From positions 124,001 to 188,000 of IMG/VR virus record IMGVR_UViG_3300034101_004588: 64,000 bases of DNA. One strand, 5' to 3'. A model generated the notes under the pieces. That model had not been told where the DNA came from. It did not search any database and saw nothing but the letters and a program-made list of their open reading frames with translations. This document shows positions 56,411 to 64,000 of the stretch, in pieces (within the stretch, counting starts at the first letter, position 1; every line of letters begins with the position of its first letter). The position numbers and the translations under genes were made by a program.

Positions 56411-56614
56411 TCAAATCTCCTTCAGATGTTTGGGTTTCTTGAGAGAGAAGTTCTTGGGTTTCTTCTTGAGGACATTGAGGTAGTCCAAAGTATCGTCAAT
56501 CAATTGATAGATAGCTTTTATCTCCTCGGCTTTGGCTTTGGGGTCTTCTAGCATGTTGGCTAGACACTGCAAAGCCTCTTGGACTCGTTGGATCTCTTTC
56601 TCGATGCGATTCAT
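56411..56614 (-). CDS. early hypothetical protein
   Basis: helical ORF. Confidence 0.5.
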   Translation of the reverse strand: MNRIEKEIQRVQEALQCLANMLEDPKAKAEEIKAIYQLIDDTLDYLNVLKKKPKNFSLKKPKHLKEI

Positions 56615-56754
56615 TTAAAAGGAATAAGGGTTACCTGTCGAAGGGGGATGACTGGGTAGTACGTAATAGGTGGATACTCTTTCGTAGTAGCCATTGACTA
56701 TCTTGACAAAGCAGCCTAAGACAAAGAGACTGAAGAGGAGTGCAAGAGAGTATT

Positions 56755-57030
56755 TCATTGATGGAGAAAATCCCAGGCAGAATTAGGAATCTCTTCGCGC
56801 ACCGCGGTGTCCAGGCTATCCGCCAGGTCCCGAGCTTCTTTAACCCGATTCTGCTCCAGCAGATGCCCAATGCAAAAGAGGTCAGCGGCATCGGTATAGG
56901 AGATGAGGAGATTGGCTCGATACTCTTTAACATTTTCTTTCTCCCAGGCCGTCTGCCAGTACTCGAGATACTTTGTAGAAGCCTCTTTGACGATGTTAGC
57001 CGCGGAGATGTGGGTGAGTTTTATTTTCAT
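56755..57030 (-). CDS. early hypothetical protein
   Basis: promoter repeat immediately upstream. Confidence 0.55.
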   Translation of the reverse strand: MKIKLTHISAANIVKEASTKYLEYWQTAWEKENVKEYRANLLISYTDAADLFCIGHLLEQNRVKEARDLADSLDTAVREEIPNSAWDFLHQ

Positions 57031-57063
57031 CAAACACTAGTGTAGGGGTTATTCGGGGGAATC

Positions 57064-57381
57064 TCAAGCCAATTCTCTAACCACTTTTAGGTAACTAGCT
57101 AGGATCCAGGTACCTCCTTGGATGGCAGGTCTCTTGTACTCTTGATAGTTAGTAACTTCTACCTCACACCAGACTCTCTTCTCTCCACTGCGAAGCTCTG
57201 TCTTAAGATGATCCGCCTTAGGTTCCACCGCACAATGCCAACCTGGACGATAGGCAAAGCCTTTGGTGGCATGACACTCGGCCGGCATCCATTGTCCGAA
57301 AGGTACTACTTGAGTGCGATTGATAAAGAGAGGACCAAGAGTTCCGTCTTTACGTTTGCGAAAGAGTTTGTAGGCTTTCAT
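57064..57381 (-). CDS. phage hypothetical protein
   Basis: AYKLFRKRKDGTLGPLFIN...KGFAYRPGWH...QGGTW. Confidence 0.65.
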   Translation of the reverse strand: MKAYKLFRKRKDGTLGPLFINRTQVVPFGQWMPAECHATKGFAYRPGWHCAVEPKADHLKTELRSGEKRVWCEVEVTNYQEYKRPAIQGGTWILASYLKVVRELA

Positions 57382-57384
57382 GGT

Positions 57385-57645
57385 TTAGGCGTCAAGTTTA
57401 AATGCGGTCATGATACGGTTGTACCAAATAGGGTTCTTGTCTTTGAGGATATCCAGGGGGGCTTTGCCATCGTGGTACTCCTCAAAGTATTCCTCTGGGG
57501 TGTGGTTGGCGATAAGCTCTTTGCGGAACTTAGCCATCGTGAACGGGCTGCCCGAGTACTTGAAACGAGCAACGAACTGGCGGTTGGGTCCGAAGAGCAG
57601 GTACTGCCCTTCCTTCTTGAGATTGTCTTTGGTGAACTTATTCAT
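57385..57645 (-). CDS. early hypothetical protein (start corrected)
   Basis: VARFKY...EEYF...APLDIL; the track's N-terminal extension is promoter DNA. Confidence 0.6.
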   Translation of the reverse strand: MNKFTKDNLKKEGQYLLFGPNRQFVARFKYSGSPFTMAKFRKELIANHTPEEYFEEYHDGKAPLDILKDKNPIWYNRIMTAFKLDA

Positions 57646-57687
57646 AACAAATACTAGTGTAGGGGTTATTCGGGGGAAACTCAACCC

Positions 57688-57903
57688 TTATTTGATCCTC
57701 TTGACTTTGAGAGCTGTCGGCTCGATATCACGGTCTCCGAACTCGGATCCGAAAGCATAGAAGCTGCCATGATAACCGTTCCACTCTTGAATGAAATTGA
57801 AAAGCTGGGTTTGGAAGGCTTTCATGGAGGTGCTGTCCAGCTGTTCTCCTTTAAGAGTATTGAGGTTGAAGCTGATTTCGAATTTGAAGGTGTTCTTATT
57901 CAT
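57688..57903 (-). CDS. early hypothetical protein (start corrected)
   Basis: MNKNT start 10 nt after the -10 box. Confidence 0.5.
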   Translation of the reverse strand: MNKNTFKFEISFNLNTLKGEQLDSTSMKAFQTQLFNFIQEWNGYHGSFYAFGSEFGDRDIEPTALKVKRIK

Positions 57904-57923
57904 AACAAATACTAGTGTAGGGG

Positions 57924-58184
57924 TTATTCGGGGGAAACACAAGTCAAAACATCGTCTTCGGAAAGGGCATTGTAATCCAACCAGCCAAAGAGTTCCTGCT
58001 TACGAGCTACGGAGATATAAGAATAGTCTTTTACTTTCTCTCCATAGAAGCCACAGATGAAGCCGGCATGATCTAAAGCATCTTGCAAAGAAGAATGGGT
58101 TCTTACTTTAAGATGGGTAATGAGGTTGTGAACCTCAAAGCCGCGATCGCTTTTGTAGATCTTGACTACTTGGGACTCTTTCAT
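57924..58184 (-). CDS. early hypothetical protein
   Basis: own promoter. Confidence 0.5.
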   Translation of the reverse strand: MKESQVVKIYKSDRGFEVHNLITHLKVRTHSSLQDALDHAGFICGFYGEKVKDYSYISVARKQELFGWLDYNALSEDDVLTCVSPE

Positions 58185-58212
58185 GATCCCTAGTGTATAT
58201 CAGATTAGGGGG

Positions 58213-58434
58213 TCAGGCCAGACTGAAAAAGTCACTAGAAACCTTTTTAACATTGTCTGTCTCTGGGTAAAACCAAACTGTGAAGGACATCGGTTGAGAT
58301 TCCTCTTCTTCGGTTTTCAGATAGACAGCACAAGACCAAACATCTCCATCAATGTTCCAGGCTTCTACTTCCAAGACCTCAGCTCCAAAGTTGTACGCTT
58401 CTAGAGCCACATTAACTTTCTCTTCTCTATTCAT
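58213..58434 (-). CDS. early hypothetical protein
   Basis: packed ORF. Confidence 0.5.
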   Translation of the reverse strand: MNREEKVNVALEAYNFGAEVLEVEAWNIDGDVWSCAVYLKTEEEESQPMSFTVWFYPETDNVKKVSSDFFSLA

Positions 58435-58679
58435 ATCAGAACTCCATTCTCCTGGAGGTATTGCTGTCTTTCAACGGATGACAGATGCTTTTGTAATTTG
58501 ACATTGTCCTTAGAGCTTACATCTTTGAAGATGACCCCGTCTATATTCCATCGACTCTCATAGACCTCAAAGAGATGCAGCAGGAACTTCTGATGATGCC
58601 TGGCCAGGAAGTCATGGTCCTGTCGATTGATAAAGAAACTATCTACAGAAGAGACTACAGCACTCTGATAGGTCTTCAT
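58431..58679 (-). CDS. early hypothetical protein
   Basis: packed ORF. Confidence 0.5.
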   Translation of the reverse strand: MKTYQSAVVSSVDSFFINRQDHDFLARHHQKFLLHLFEVYESRWNIDGVIFKDVSSKDNVKLQKHLSSVERQQYLQENGVLI

Positions 58680-58936
58680 AGAACAGAATCCTCTAGAATG
58701 TTTTCTTCATAGCATTCTTGGAACGACCCGTATTCTGAAAACATATGATAGAGTTCGTGGTTGATATCCGAGGTACCTACTTCTTCTGCTCCGGCATTAA
58801 CCAGACGACGAGCGGCTAGACGACGAAGAAAAGGTTTAATGAGGTCCTCCGTATTACGATAGGCCTGCATGGCCTCTTCAAAGGTGGGTTTAGTAGCTTC
58901 CATGATAGTGGTAACGATGAAGACGGTCTTGGGCAA
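58676..58936 (-). CDS. early hypothetical protein
   Basis: packed ORF. Confidence 0.5.
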   Translation of the reverse strand: MPKTVFIVTTIMEATKPTFEEAMQAYRNTEDLIKPFLRRLAARRLVNAGAEEVGTSDINHELYHMFSEYGSFQECYEENILEDSVL

Positions 58937-59090
58937 TCAAACGATCGATCCATCCACTTTGATTGAACCAGGTGATGTTATGAGTCAGGAGACTAGGTTT
59001 CGGCTTACGGTAACGCCGGCTGATAACTTCAAAGAGCCTATGGAGTTTGTTTTTCATCGTCTGTAAGTGTAGATGGTATTAGGGGGAAGT

Positions 59091-59420
59091 TCAAGCCTCG
59101 ATTTTCACATCAACGAAGATGTCCTCTTTGAATGACCAGAGAATATCTTTGAGGCGAAAGCCAGGAGAACATCCACAGCTGCAGCCACACTTCTGAGACC
59201 AGGAAGGTTTAACGGTCTTGATCTGATCTTCTGTGAACCCTAGTCGCCGAAGGATAGTCGGGATCTGTTTCTTGAATTCCAGATGAGGACGGCTACGGCG
59301 ATTGACTAGATTCTCCATCACAGACTCTCCGGTGAGGAAGAAGTACATATGAGGAGATGTCCGACGACGATCGTAACCGTTCATCGGTTGTTTGGTGATT
59401 CCTTCAATGGTTATTTTCAT
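59091..59420 (-). CDS. early hypothetical protein
   Basis: WSQKCGCSCGCSPGF motif; own promoter. Confidence 0.6.
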   Translation of the reverse strand: MKITIEGITKQPMNGYDRRRTSPHMYFFLTGESVMENLVNRRSRPHLEFKKQIPTILRRLGFTEDQIKTVKPSWSQKCGCSCGCSPGFRLKDILWSFKEDIFVDVKIEA

Positions 59421-59466
59421 CGTTTATAAGTGTAGAGGAAATTCGGGGGAAACACAAGGAAAAAAA

Positions 59467-59498
59467 GAGGGGGTCCCAGCCGCACTAGGACCCCCTCA
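59467..59498 (-). terminator. intrinsic terminator
   Basis: GAGGGGGTCC/GGACCCCCTC stem with a U run on the minus strand. Confidence 0.75.
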
Positions 59499-59511
59499 AC
59501 CACACCCACAA

Positions 59512-59880
59512 TTACCAGGTAATGTCAACACCTAAGCGCCGCATCATCTTTTGCATACGCTTCAAGAAGGCTTCCTTGTCGTCTTCGGTGACCGAGACCG
59601 GCCGAGACCAGGTGGGGGCCATATCTTTGTAGATATAGGTCCTAGGATGAACGTTACGAATACACGTAACGTAGTTACGATTACCAGAGCCTTTACGATA
59701 CGACAGACAGACTCCTTTACGTTTAATGGTACGGTTCAAAGAACCAACCATGCGACGAACCTCAGCAGACTCGTTACCGAGGATTCGAATAGTATCACCT
59801 GGCTCCATGCTATGAAGAAGTTCGGCGAGTTGTGGATTGGCCGGCCTGCGACCACTGTTTTTGAGGTATGATTTATTCAT
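59512..59880 (-). CDS. early hypothetical protein
   Basis: MNKS start. Confidence 0.5.
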   Translation of the reverse strand: MNKSYLKNSGRRPANPQLAELLHSMEPGDTIRILGNESAEVRRMVGSLNRTIKRKGVCLSYRKGSGNRNYVTCIRNVHPRTYIYKDMAPTWSRPVSVTEDDKEAFLKRMQKMMRRLGVDITW

Positions 59881-59919
59881 CAGGATAAGGTTAAAGGATT
59901 TTATCGGGAATTGCCCGCT

Positions 59920-60168
59920 TTATTTTAGAGGAAGTTCTGGGTGGTCAATAACAATCTTGTCAATCTTTTTATTGAGGTCTTGTAGTTTAGTAATCAAACT
60001 ACGCAGACCCTTTTTATTGACCGACACTATCTGAGAGGTGTTCTCATAAAAGAACTCCAGAGTAACGACTGCCTCTGAGGATATCGGGGTTGAGAAACCT
60101 TTGTATTTAACTTTCTTTTCCAAAGTAGCTTTGACTTTGGCACTGACGGCATTGAAACATTCTTTCAT
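59920..60168 (-). CDS. early hypothetical protein
   Basis: own promoter. Confidence 0.5.
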   Translation of the reverse strand: MKECFNAVSAKVKATLEKKVKYKGFSTPISSEAVVTLEFFYENTSQIVSVNKKGLRSLITKLQDLNKKIDKIVIDHPELPLK

Positions 60169-60215
60169 AGTCTATAGAATAAAAGGGTTTAGGGGGAAAG
60201 GCAACAACATTAAGA

Positions 60216-60290
60216 TGGCACCTAGGGTAGGATTCGAACCTACAACCGAGCGGTTAACAGCCGCTAGCTCTACCATTGAGCTACCTAGGT
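60216..60290 (-). tRNA. tRNA-Asn(GTT)
   Basis: AGCGG-CTGTTAA-CCGCT, CCA. Confidence 0.93.
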
Positions 60291-60296
60291 GTGACT

Positions 60297-60368
60297 TGGA
60301 ACGATTGGGACTCGAACCCAAAACCAATACCTTAAAAGGGTACTGCTCTACCATTGAGCTACCGTTCC
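60297..60368 (-). tRNA. tRNA-Lys(TTT)
   Basis: GTACC-CTTTTAA-GGTAT. Confidence 0.92.
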
Positions 60369-60379
60369 GCAGCATAAAT

Positions 60380-60625
60380 CTATTTATAAGCGCCGACAAC
60401 TCCGTCAAGGAGGCTATCGAAGTCTCCGTAGGTCAACTCGACTCTCTCCTCTAAAGGATCCCCCGAAAGAGCCCCGTCTTGATACATCTGGTGTAGCTCC
60501 TTGAATTCTTCCCGAGAAACAATACCCTTAAGTTCATCAAGGGCATCATAGACAGCGCGCATGCGATCGTCGTACTTGTCGAGGACAATGTCATGCATGG
60601 TAGGTGTGGATTTGTTTTTCATCAC
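60380..60625 (-). CDS. early hypothetical protein
   Basis: own promoter TTGTCT-17-TAAGAT. Confidence 0.5.
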   Translation of the reverse strand: MMKNKSTPTMHDIVLDKYDDRMRAVYDALDELKGIVSREEFKELHQMYQDGALSGDPLEERVELTYGDFDSLLDGVVGAYK

Positions 60626-60684
60626 CCTTTATCTTAAAGAGCCATTCCGGGAAAGACAAGAAGAAAATTGGGGTAACTTTAGCC

Positions 60685-60713
60685 TTGGCTTTCCCCCTTA
60701 AATGCCTTACAAT
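60685..60713 (+). promoter_or_regulatory. divergent sigma70-type promoter
   Basis: TTGGCT-TTCCCCCTTAAATGCCT-TACAAT. Confidence 0.65.
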
Positions 60714-61003
60714 GAATACAGAATAAAGGACGGTAGAGCCTCGAACCGATAAAGACAGGGCGAACAGGGGATCAAACCCCGAGGGTAGGGGACTGGAGGC
60801 TGCCCAAATTCCATTTACGCAAAAGCCTCTTCTCTCAGTATAACTTATTATAGGGAAAATTCCCGGGGATGGCCAGAACTTTTTTTAAAAATTTTTGCCG
60901 GGCTTTTCCCCGGAAACCCTTATAAAATGGGGTGATAGTTTTTTTATTCCGAGGAAATTAATAATAGGGTATCCCCCCTTGGTTTCCGTGGAATAAGAAA
61001 AAG

Positions 61004-61052
61004 AATACCTAGGTATTAATGGAAGGATTCCCGGGTTTAATACCTAGGTATT
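61004..61052. repeat. two copies of the 14-bp palindrome AATACCTAGGTATT
   Basis: 61004-61017 and 61039-61052. Confidence 0.85.
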
Positions 61053-61071
61053 GATTGGGAGGAAAGGATTA

Positions 61072-61440
61072 TCAGGTTTCCTCGGGATACTCGATTCCCG
61101 TGTCGATACCCAGGATTTCCTGCCAGTTAGTAGCAATGTAACGAAAGATCTCTTGAATGAAAGAAGAAGGATATTCATCAATCAACAAAGCAGAATCTTT
61201 GTCTTGTTCCAAATAATCGTTCTGGGTACCTTGTTCTAAAATGCTTTCAATGTAAGCACTTAGCTCCAAGGTGGTGACTTCTTTTTCATTATCCATAGAA
61301 TAATCATTAAGGAGAGTAGATGCCAAAGAATATACTCCTCGCCAAAATCCAGGATTGGTACGAAGAAGTTCATCTAGAGAAAGATTGAAATCACTCATAT
61401 TAATCTTTTTTACGGAAGGATCCTTTACCACAAGAAACAC
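61072..61440 (-). CDS. acidic hypothetical protein
   Basis: probable start MSDFNL. Confidence 0.5.
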   Translation of the reverse strand: MFLVVKDPSVKKINMSDFNLSLDELLRTNPGFWRGVYSLASTLLNDYSMDNEKEVTTLELSAYIESILEQGTQNDYLEQDKDSALLIDEYPSSFIQEIFRYIATNWQEILGIDTGIEYPEET

Positions 61441-61582
61441 CTACCGAACGACAAGTCCGATAGACCTGACGATAGGTATAAGACTGTTCTTCGGTAGAGA
61501 CTCTCTTGAGGAGGTCATGAACTTCAAAAGAGTCTCCACTAGAGAGAATCTCTCGCAACTTAGCAGATAATGTATTTTTCAT
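61400..61582 (-). CDS. small winged-helix-like protein
   Basis: LREILSSG...YRQVYRTC. Confidence 0.4.
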   Translation of the reverse strand: MKNTLSAKLREILSSGDSFEVHDLLKRVSTEEQSYTYRQVYRTCRSVGVSCGKGSFRKKD

Positions 61583-61699
61583 ATATCGATAAAAAGTTTA
61601 CCACGAATAAGGAGGTAAATCAACAAAAATAAAAACGCGTTAATAGAAACCCCCGCGATAATATAACACACTGTTCTATTAAATTAAAACTCGCTATAG

Positions 61700-61731
61700 A
61701 AAAGGGGTAGCTCTTTCGAACTACCCCTTTT
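61700..61731. terminator. bidirectional intrinsic terminator
   Basis: AAAAGGGGTAG-CTCTTTCGAA-CTACCCCTTTT. Confidence 0.75.
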
Positions 61732-61769
61732 CTTGTTTGGTGATCAGCTTCTTGACATTCCGATCCAAA

Positions 61770-61994
61770 TTAGCGGCGTTTACGGTTACGGGTAAAGCGA
61801 CCTTCTTCATCACGCATATTGTGATAACGAGGGCGCAAGCGAACCGTATTACCTTGGAGAGCCACGATCTCGTAACGGCTAGTATTGATCATACGAGCGA
61901 CACGAGACTTACGAGCTTCCAAAGAAGTCCGAGGATCCAATTTGATCCCGAGGTCTTCTTTAATGTTCTTAGTAATGGTCATTAGTGCATTCAC
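61770..61994 (-). CDS. basic hypothetical protein
   Basis: R/K-rich, ends RDEEGRFTRNRKRR. Confidence 0.55.
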   Translation of the reverse strand: MNALMTITKNIKEDLGIKLDPRTSLEARKSRVARMINTSRYEIVALQGNTVRLRPRYHNMRDEEGRFTRNRKRR

Positions 61995-62059
61995 TCCTTT
62001 CTAATAAAATAAGTATAGAACAGTTTAAGACTTAGGCAACGAAGTATTTTTAATAAAGA

Positions 62060-62135
62060 TGGTACCTGAGGTGGGACTCGAACCCACACTTGACAGATTT
62101 TAAGTCTGTTGTCTCTGCCATTGGACTACTCAGGC
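62060..62135 (-). tRNA. tRNA-Leu(TAA), short variable loop
   Basis: ACAGA-CTTAAAA-TCTGT, 5-nt V loop, CCA. Confidence 0.9.
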
Positions 62136-62145
62136 CTAAAGCTCA

Positions 62146-62676
62146 TTATGCTGCCTTATGAAATCTTTTCAAGTCACAGACGCAATATTTAATCCACGGG
62201 CATCCATCACACCACTTTCCGTTATCGAGATAGATGTCGGGACGTTGACAAGCCACCGAAGTCAATGACTCTACCCCTTCTTTGTCTGTAGGAGTAATAA
62301 AAGGCAGCTTAGTGAATTCCATCTTCGGAAGATCTTTCTTAATCTTCTCGGCTCTCTCTTCTAGCTCTTCCTTGGTCATTACTGACAAAGGATTAACATA
62401 AGTCTTCTTCGGTTTAGGTTCTTTAGGATCTTTATGCAGATTGCGACAGGCTCGACATTCAAAGGTCTGTAGCAGCTCTTCTATGTTATTCTTATGCTTC
62501 TTAAGATAGTTCTTAAGATTAGGACCAAACATAGAAACGGTATTGTGTTTGCAGTGACTACAAGTAATCTTCTGCGCCGGCAGTTTCTTGTGTTCTTTAA
62601 AGAACTTGATCCAACCTGAGATATCTTCAAATTGATTGAATGATGCCTTTTTATTACCCTTAGTTTTCTTAGCCAT
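62146..62676 (-). CDS. Cys-rich putative Zn-binding protein
   Basis: CSHC, CRAC, C...CDGC...CVC. Confidence 0.55.
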   Translation of the reverse strand: MAKKTKGNKKASFNQFEDISGWIKFFKEHKKLPAQKITCSHCKHNTVSMFGPNLKNYLKKHKNNIEELLQTFECRACRNLHKDPKEPKPKKTYVNPLSVMTKEELEERAEKIKKDLPKMEFTKLPFITPTDKEGVESLTSVACQRPDIYLDNGKWCDGCPWIKYCVCDLKRFHKAA

Positions 62677-62895
62677 AGATAGCGTTACTTTCTATTTGTT
62701 GGTGCTTTTGTATAGGATCTAGTGCTTTGCCGGGAATGACACTCTTTTTTTATTAAGAGGTTTGACCACAATGCGAAGTCGGTTTTTGTTGATAATGAAG
62801 GTTAAAGAGGCTTTTTCCATAAGACTAATAATATAACATTTATTAGGGGGAAAGACAAGGATTATTTTCTACCCCTATTTACCCCTTTTTTAGGC

Positions 62896-62923
62896 TTGAC
62901 TAAAATTTTTTTTGGGTTATAAT
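62896..62923 (+). promoter_or_regulatory. near-consensus sigma70 promoter with no downstream ORF
   Basis: TTGACT-16 bp-TATAAT followed by G tracts. Confidence 0.6.
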
Positions 62924-63024
62924 GGGGTTGCTGGGGGTGGGGGCCGAAGGTTAATACACTTTTTTTTAAATCCCCTTTGAACTTTCTTTATATATTTTCC
63001 TAACCCATTCCTTAATATACTTCT

Positions 63025-63360
63025 TTAATCTGTATCTTTAATGAACTTCATAAGCTGTCTACCCCAATCAAAGAGGTTTTCCGGAAATTCTTTAATAGTT
63101 TTCATACTATAGTAAAGATTAAATTCTTCAGGGGTCTTTCCAGGTTTATTTTGTAATTGTTCTAAGACGTCTTCAATCCTTTGATTAATTTCTTCTTCTT
63201 GACCTATCAAGACCTTTTCTATATCTAATATAAGCCCAAAAACCTGATTGATCTTACGGGAGAGCTCCATTATATCTTTTTCTTTATTAGCAAATTCTTT
63301 AAAGGCATCAACCTTATTTTGCACCTGATTATAGGCTTCGGATAAACTTTTATTATTCAT
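63025..63360 (-). CDS. putative internal head protein
   Basis: SLSEAYNQVQNKVDAFKEFANKE. Confidence 0.5.
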   Translation of the reverse strand: MNNKSLSEAYNQVQNKVDAFKEFANKEKDIMELSRKINQVFGLILDIEKVLIGQEEEINQRIEDVLEQLQNKPGKTPEEFNLYYSMKTIKEFPENLFDWGRQLMKFIKDTD

Positions 63361-63940
63361 TGGTCCATTTATCTATCTTTCTTAACATTTCGGAGAGTTT
63401 ATGAATTCCTTGGAAGTCATCTCCTAAAATACTATATTCATTTTCTGATCCCCAATGAGCCTTACGATAGGCAGGGGGCATATGGTTTAGATTAAATCCT
63501 AGGTCTTTGGCATTAGGAGCCCATAAGAGAAATTCTACTTCATTTTTAAGTAAGCGAGCCAGGATCTCTACTATAACATAAGCCTTATAGGTTCCTTCTA
63601 AACCAAAGATATGAAAGTCTCTTTTTTGATTCATTTCAAATTTATAGTTAGTATCTTGAGGGGTAGGTTTTAAAGGATCGGTATATATCAATAAAGGTTT
63701 AGCAGTTGCTCGATTAGGAATTTCCCAGGCCCATACATCATCGAAACCGGACTCTTGAGTAATTTCATCGTTCTCGGTTATATATTTGTGGGGTCCCAAT
63801 ACTCTTTCTAGATCGGCAATGGAAGCTTTAATGGTCAATTCATTTTTATATTGGTCTTTAATTTCTTGTTTAAAGAAATTTTTAAAGCCTTGAGCCTTAA
63901 CATTAGATAAGGTTTCTTCTACAAGTTGATTAAATTTCAT
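63353..63940 (-). CDS. putative internal head protein
   Basis: MKFNQLVEE...AQGFKNF; upstream TAAATA. Confidence 0.5.
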   Translation of the reverse strand: MKFNQLVEETLSNVKAQGFKNFFKQEIKDQYKNELTIKASIADLERVLGPHKYITENDEITQESGFDDVWAWEIPNRATAKPLLIYTDPLKPTPQDTNYKFEMNQKRDFHIFGLEGTYKAYVIVEILARLLKNEVEFLLWAPNAKDLGFNLNHMPPAYRKAHWGSENEYSILGDDFQGIHKLSEMLRKIDKWTNE

Positions 63941-64000
63941 GGATCTATTATTTATTATTCTCCGGGTGGAAAGAGAACCTCGTCTTGTAAGGGTTGTTCT

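Larger units (their letters stand above)
55509..62858. repeat. family of at least 11 related sigma70-type early promoters
   Basis: consensus TTG(T/A)(G/C)T-TTCCCCC-N10-TACACT; -10/-35 spans include 57039-57067, 57656-57684, 57914-57942, 58192-58220, 59066-59094, 59429-59457. Confidence 0.8.

Noticed and set aside
57646-57942. Shared N-terminal peptide FPRITPTLVFV in two track ORFs
   Set aside because: It is the translation of the promoter repeat; the true starts are ATG at 57645 and 57903.
57030-57945. Near-identical roughly 30-bp repeats resembling a CRISPR array
   Set aside because: Spacing is irregular (260-620 bp), the intervals are ORFs, and each repeat parses as a -35/17 bp/-10 promoter.
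60172-60408. 78-aa minus-strand ORF
   Set aside because: It runs through tRNA-Asn and tRNA-Lys.
55619-60454. Long plus-strand ORFs in the early island (e.g. 57118-57657, 55619-56134)
   Set aside because: Higher GC reduces stop frequency; they overlap promoter-supported minus-strand genes.
1-64000. Stop-codon reassignment or a suppressor tRNA
   Set aside because: Long genes (nrdJ, fibres) are intact in the standard code, TAA, TAG and TGA all end tightly packed genes, and no CTA, TTA or TCA anticodon was found.

Overview
A 64-kb piece of a large, AT-rich dsDNA bacteriophage with T4-like regulation; most genes are on the minus strand and the genetic code is standard. It encodes nucleotide and sugar metabolism genes (guaC, a purine PRTase, queD, NUDIX, class II RNR nrdJ, dCMP deaminase, RmlD-like reductase, a glycosyltransferase), ribosomal protein bS21 and tandem beta-helix tail-fibre-like genes. 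The RNA content is 25 tRNA genes (19 amino acids, none for Phe here), a tmRNA and several unexplained structured RNAs. A GC-richer block (about 55-62.9 kb) of small early-type genes sits behind repeated sigma70-type promoters. Main leads: (1) a leader-peptide/antiterminator/terminator attenuator at the head of the tRNA array whose 22 codons cover 12 of the array's 14 amino acids; (2) a family of late proteins sharing a bipartite N-terminal leader resembling a T4 capsid-targeting/prohead-protease signal, fused to unrelated payloads; (3) a roughly 210-nt multi-pseudoknot ncRNA and other tRNA-like RNAs in the array; (4) six tRNAs with a co-varied A18/G55 elbow. All calls are from reading motifs by eye; no database search or folding program was run.
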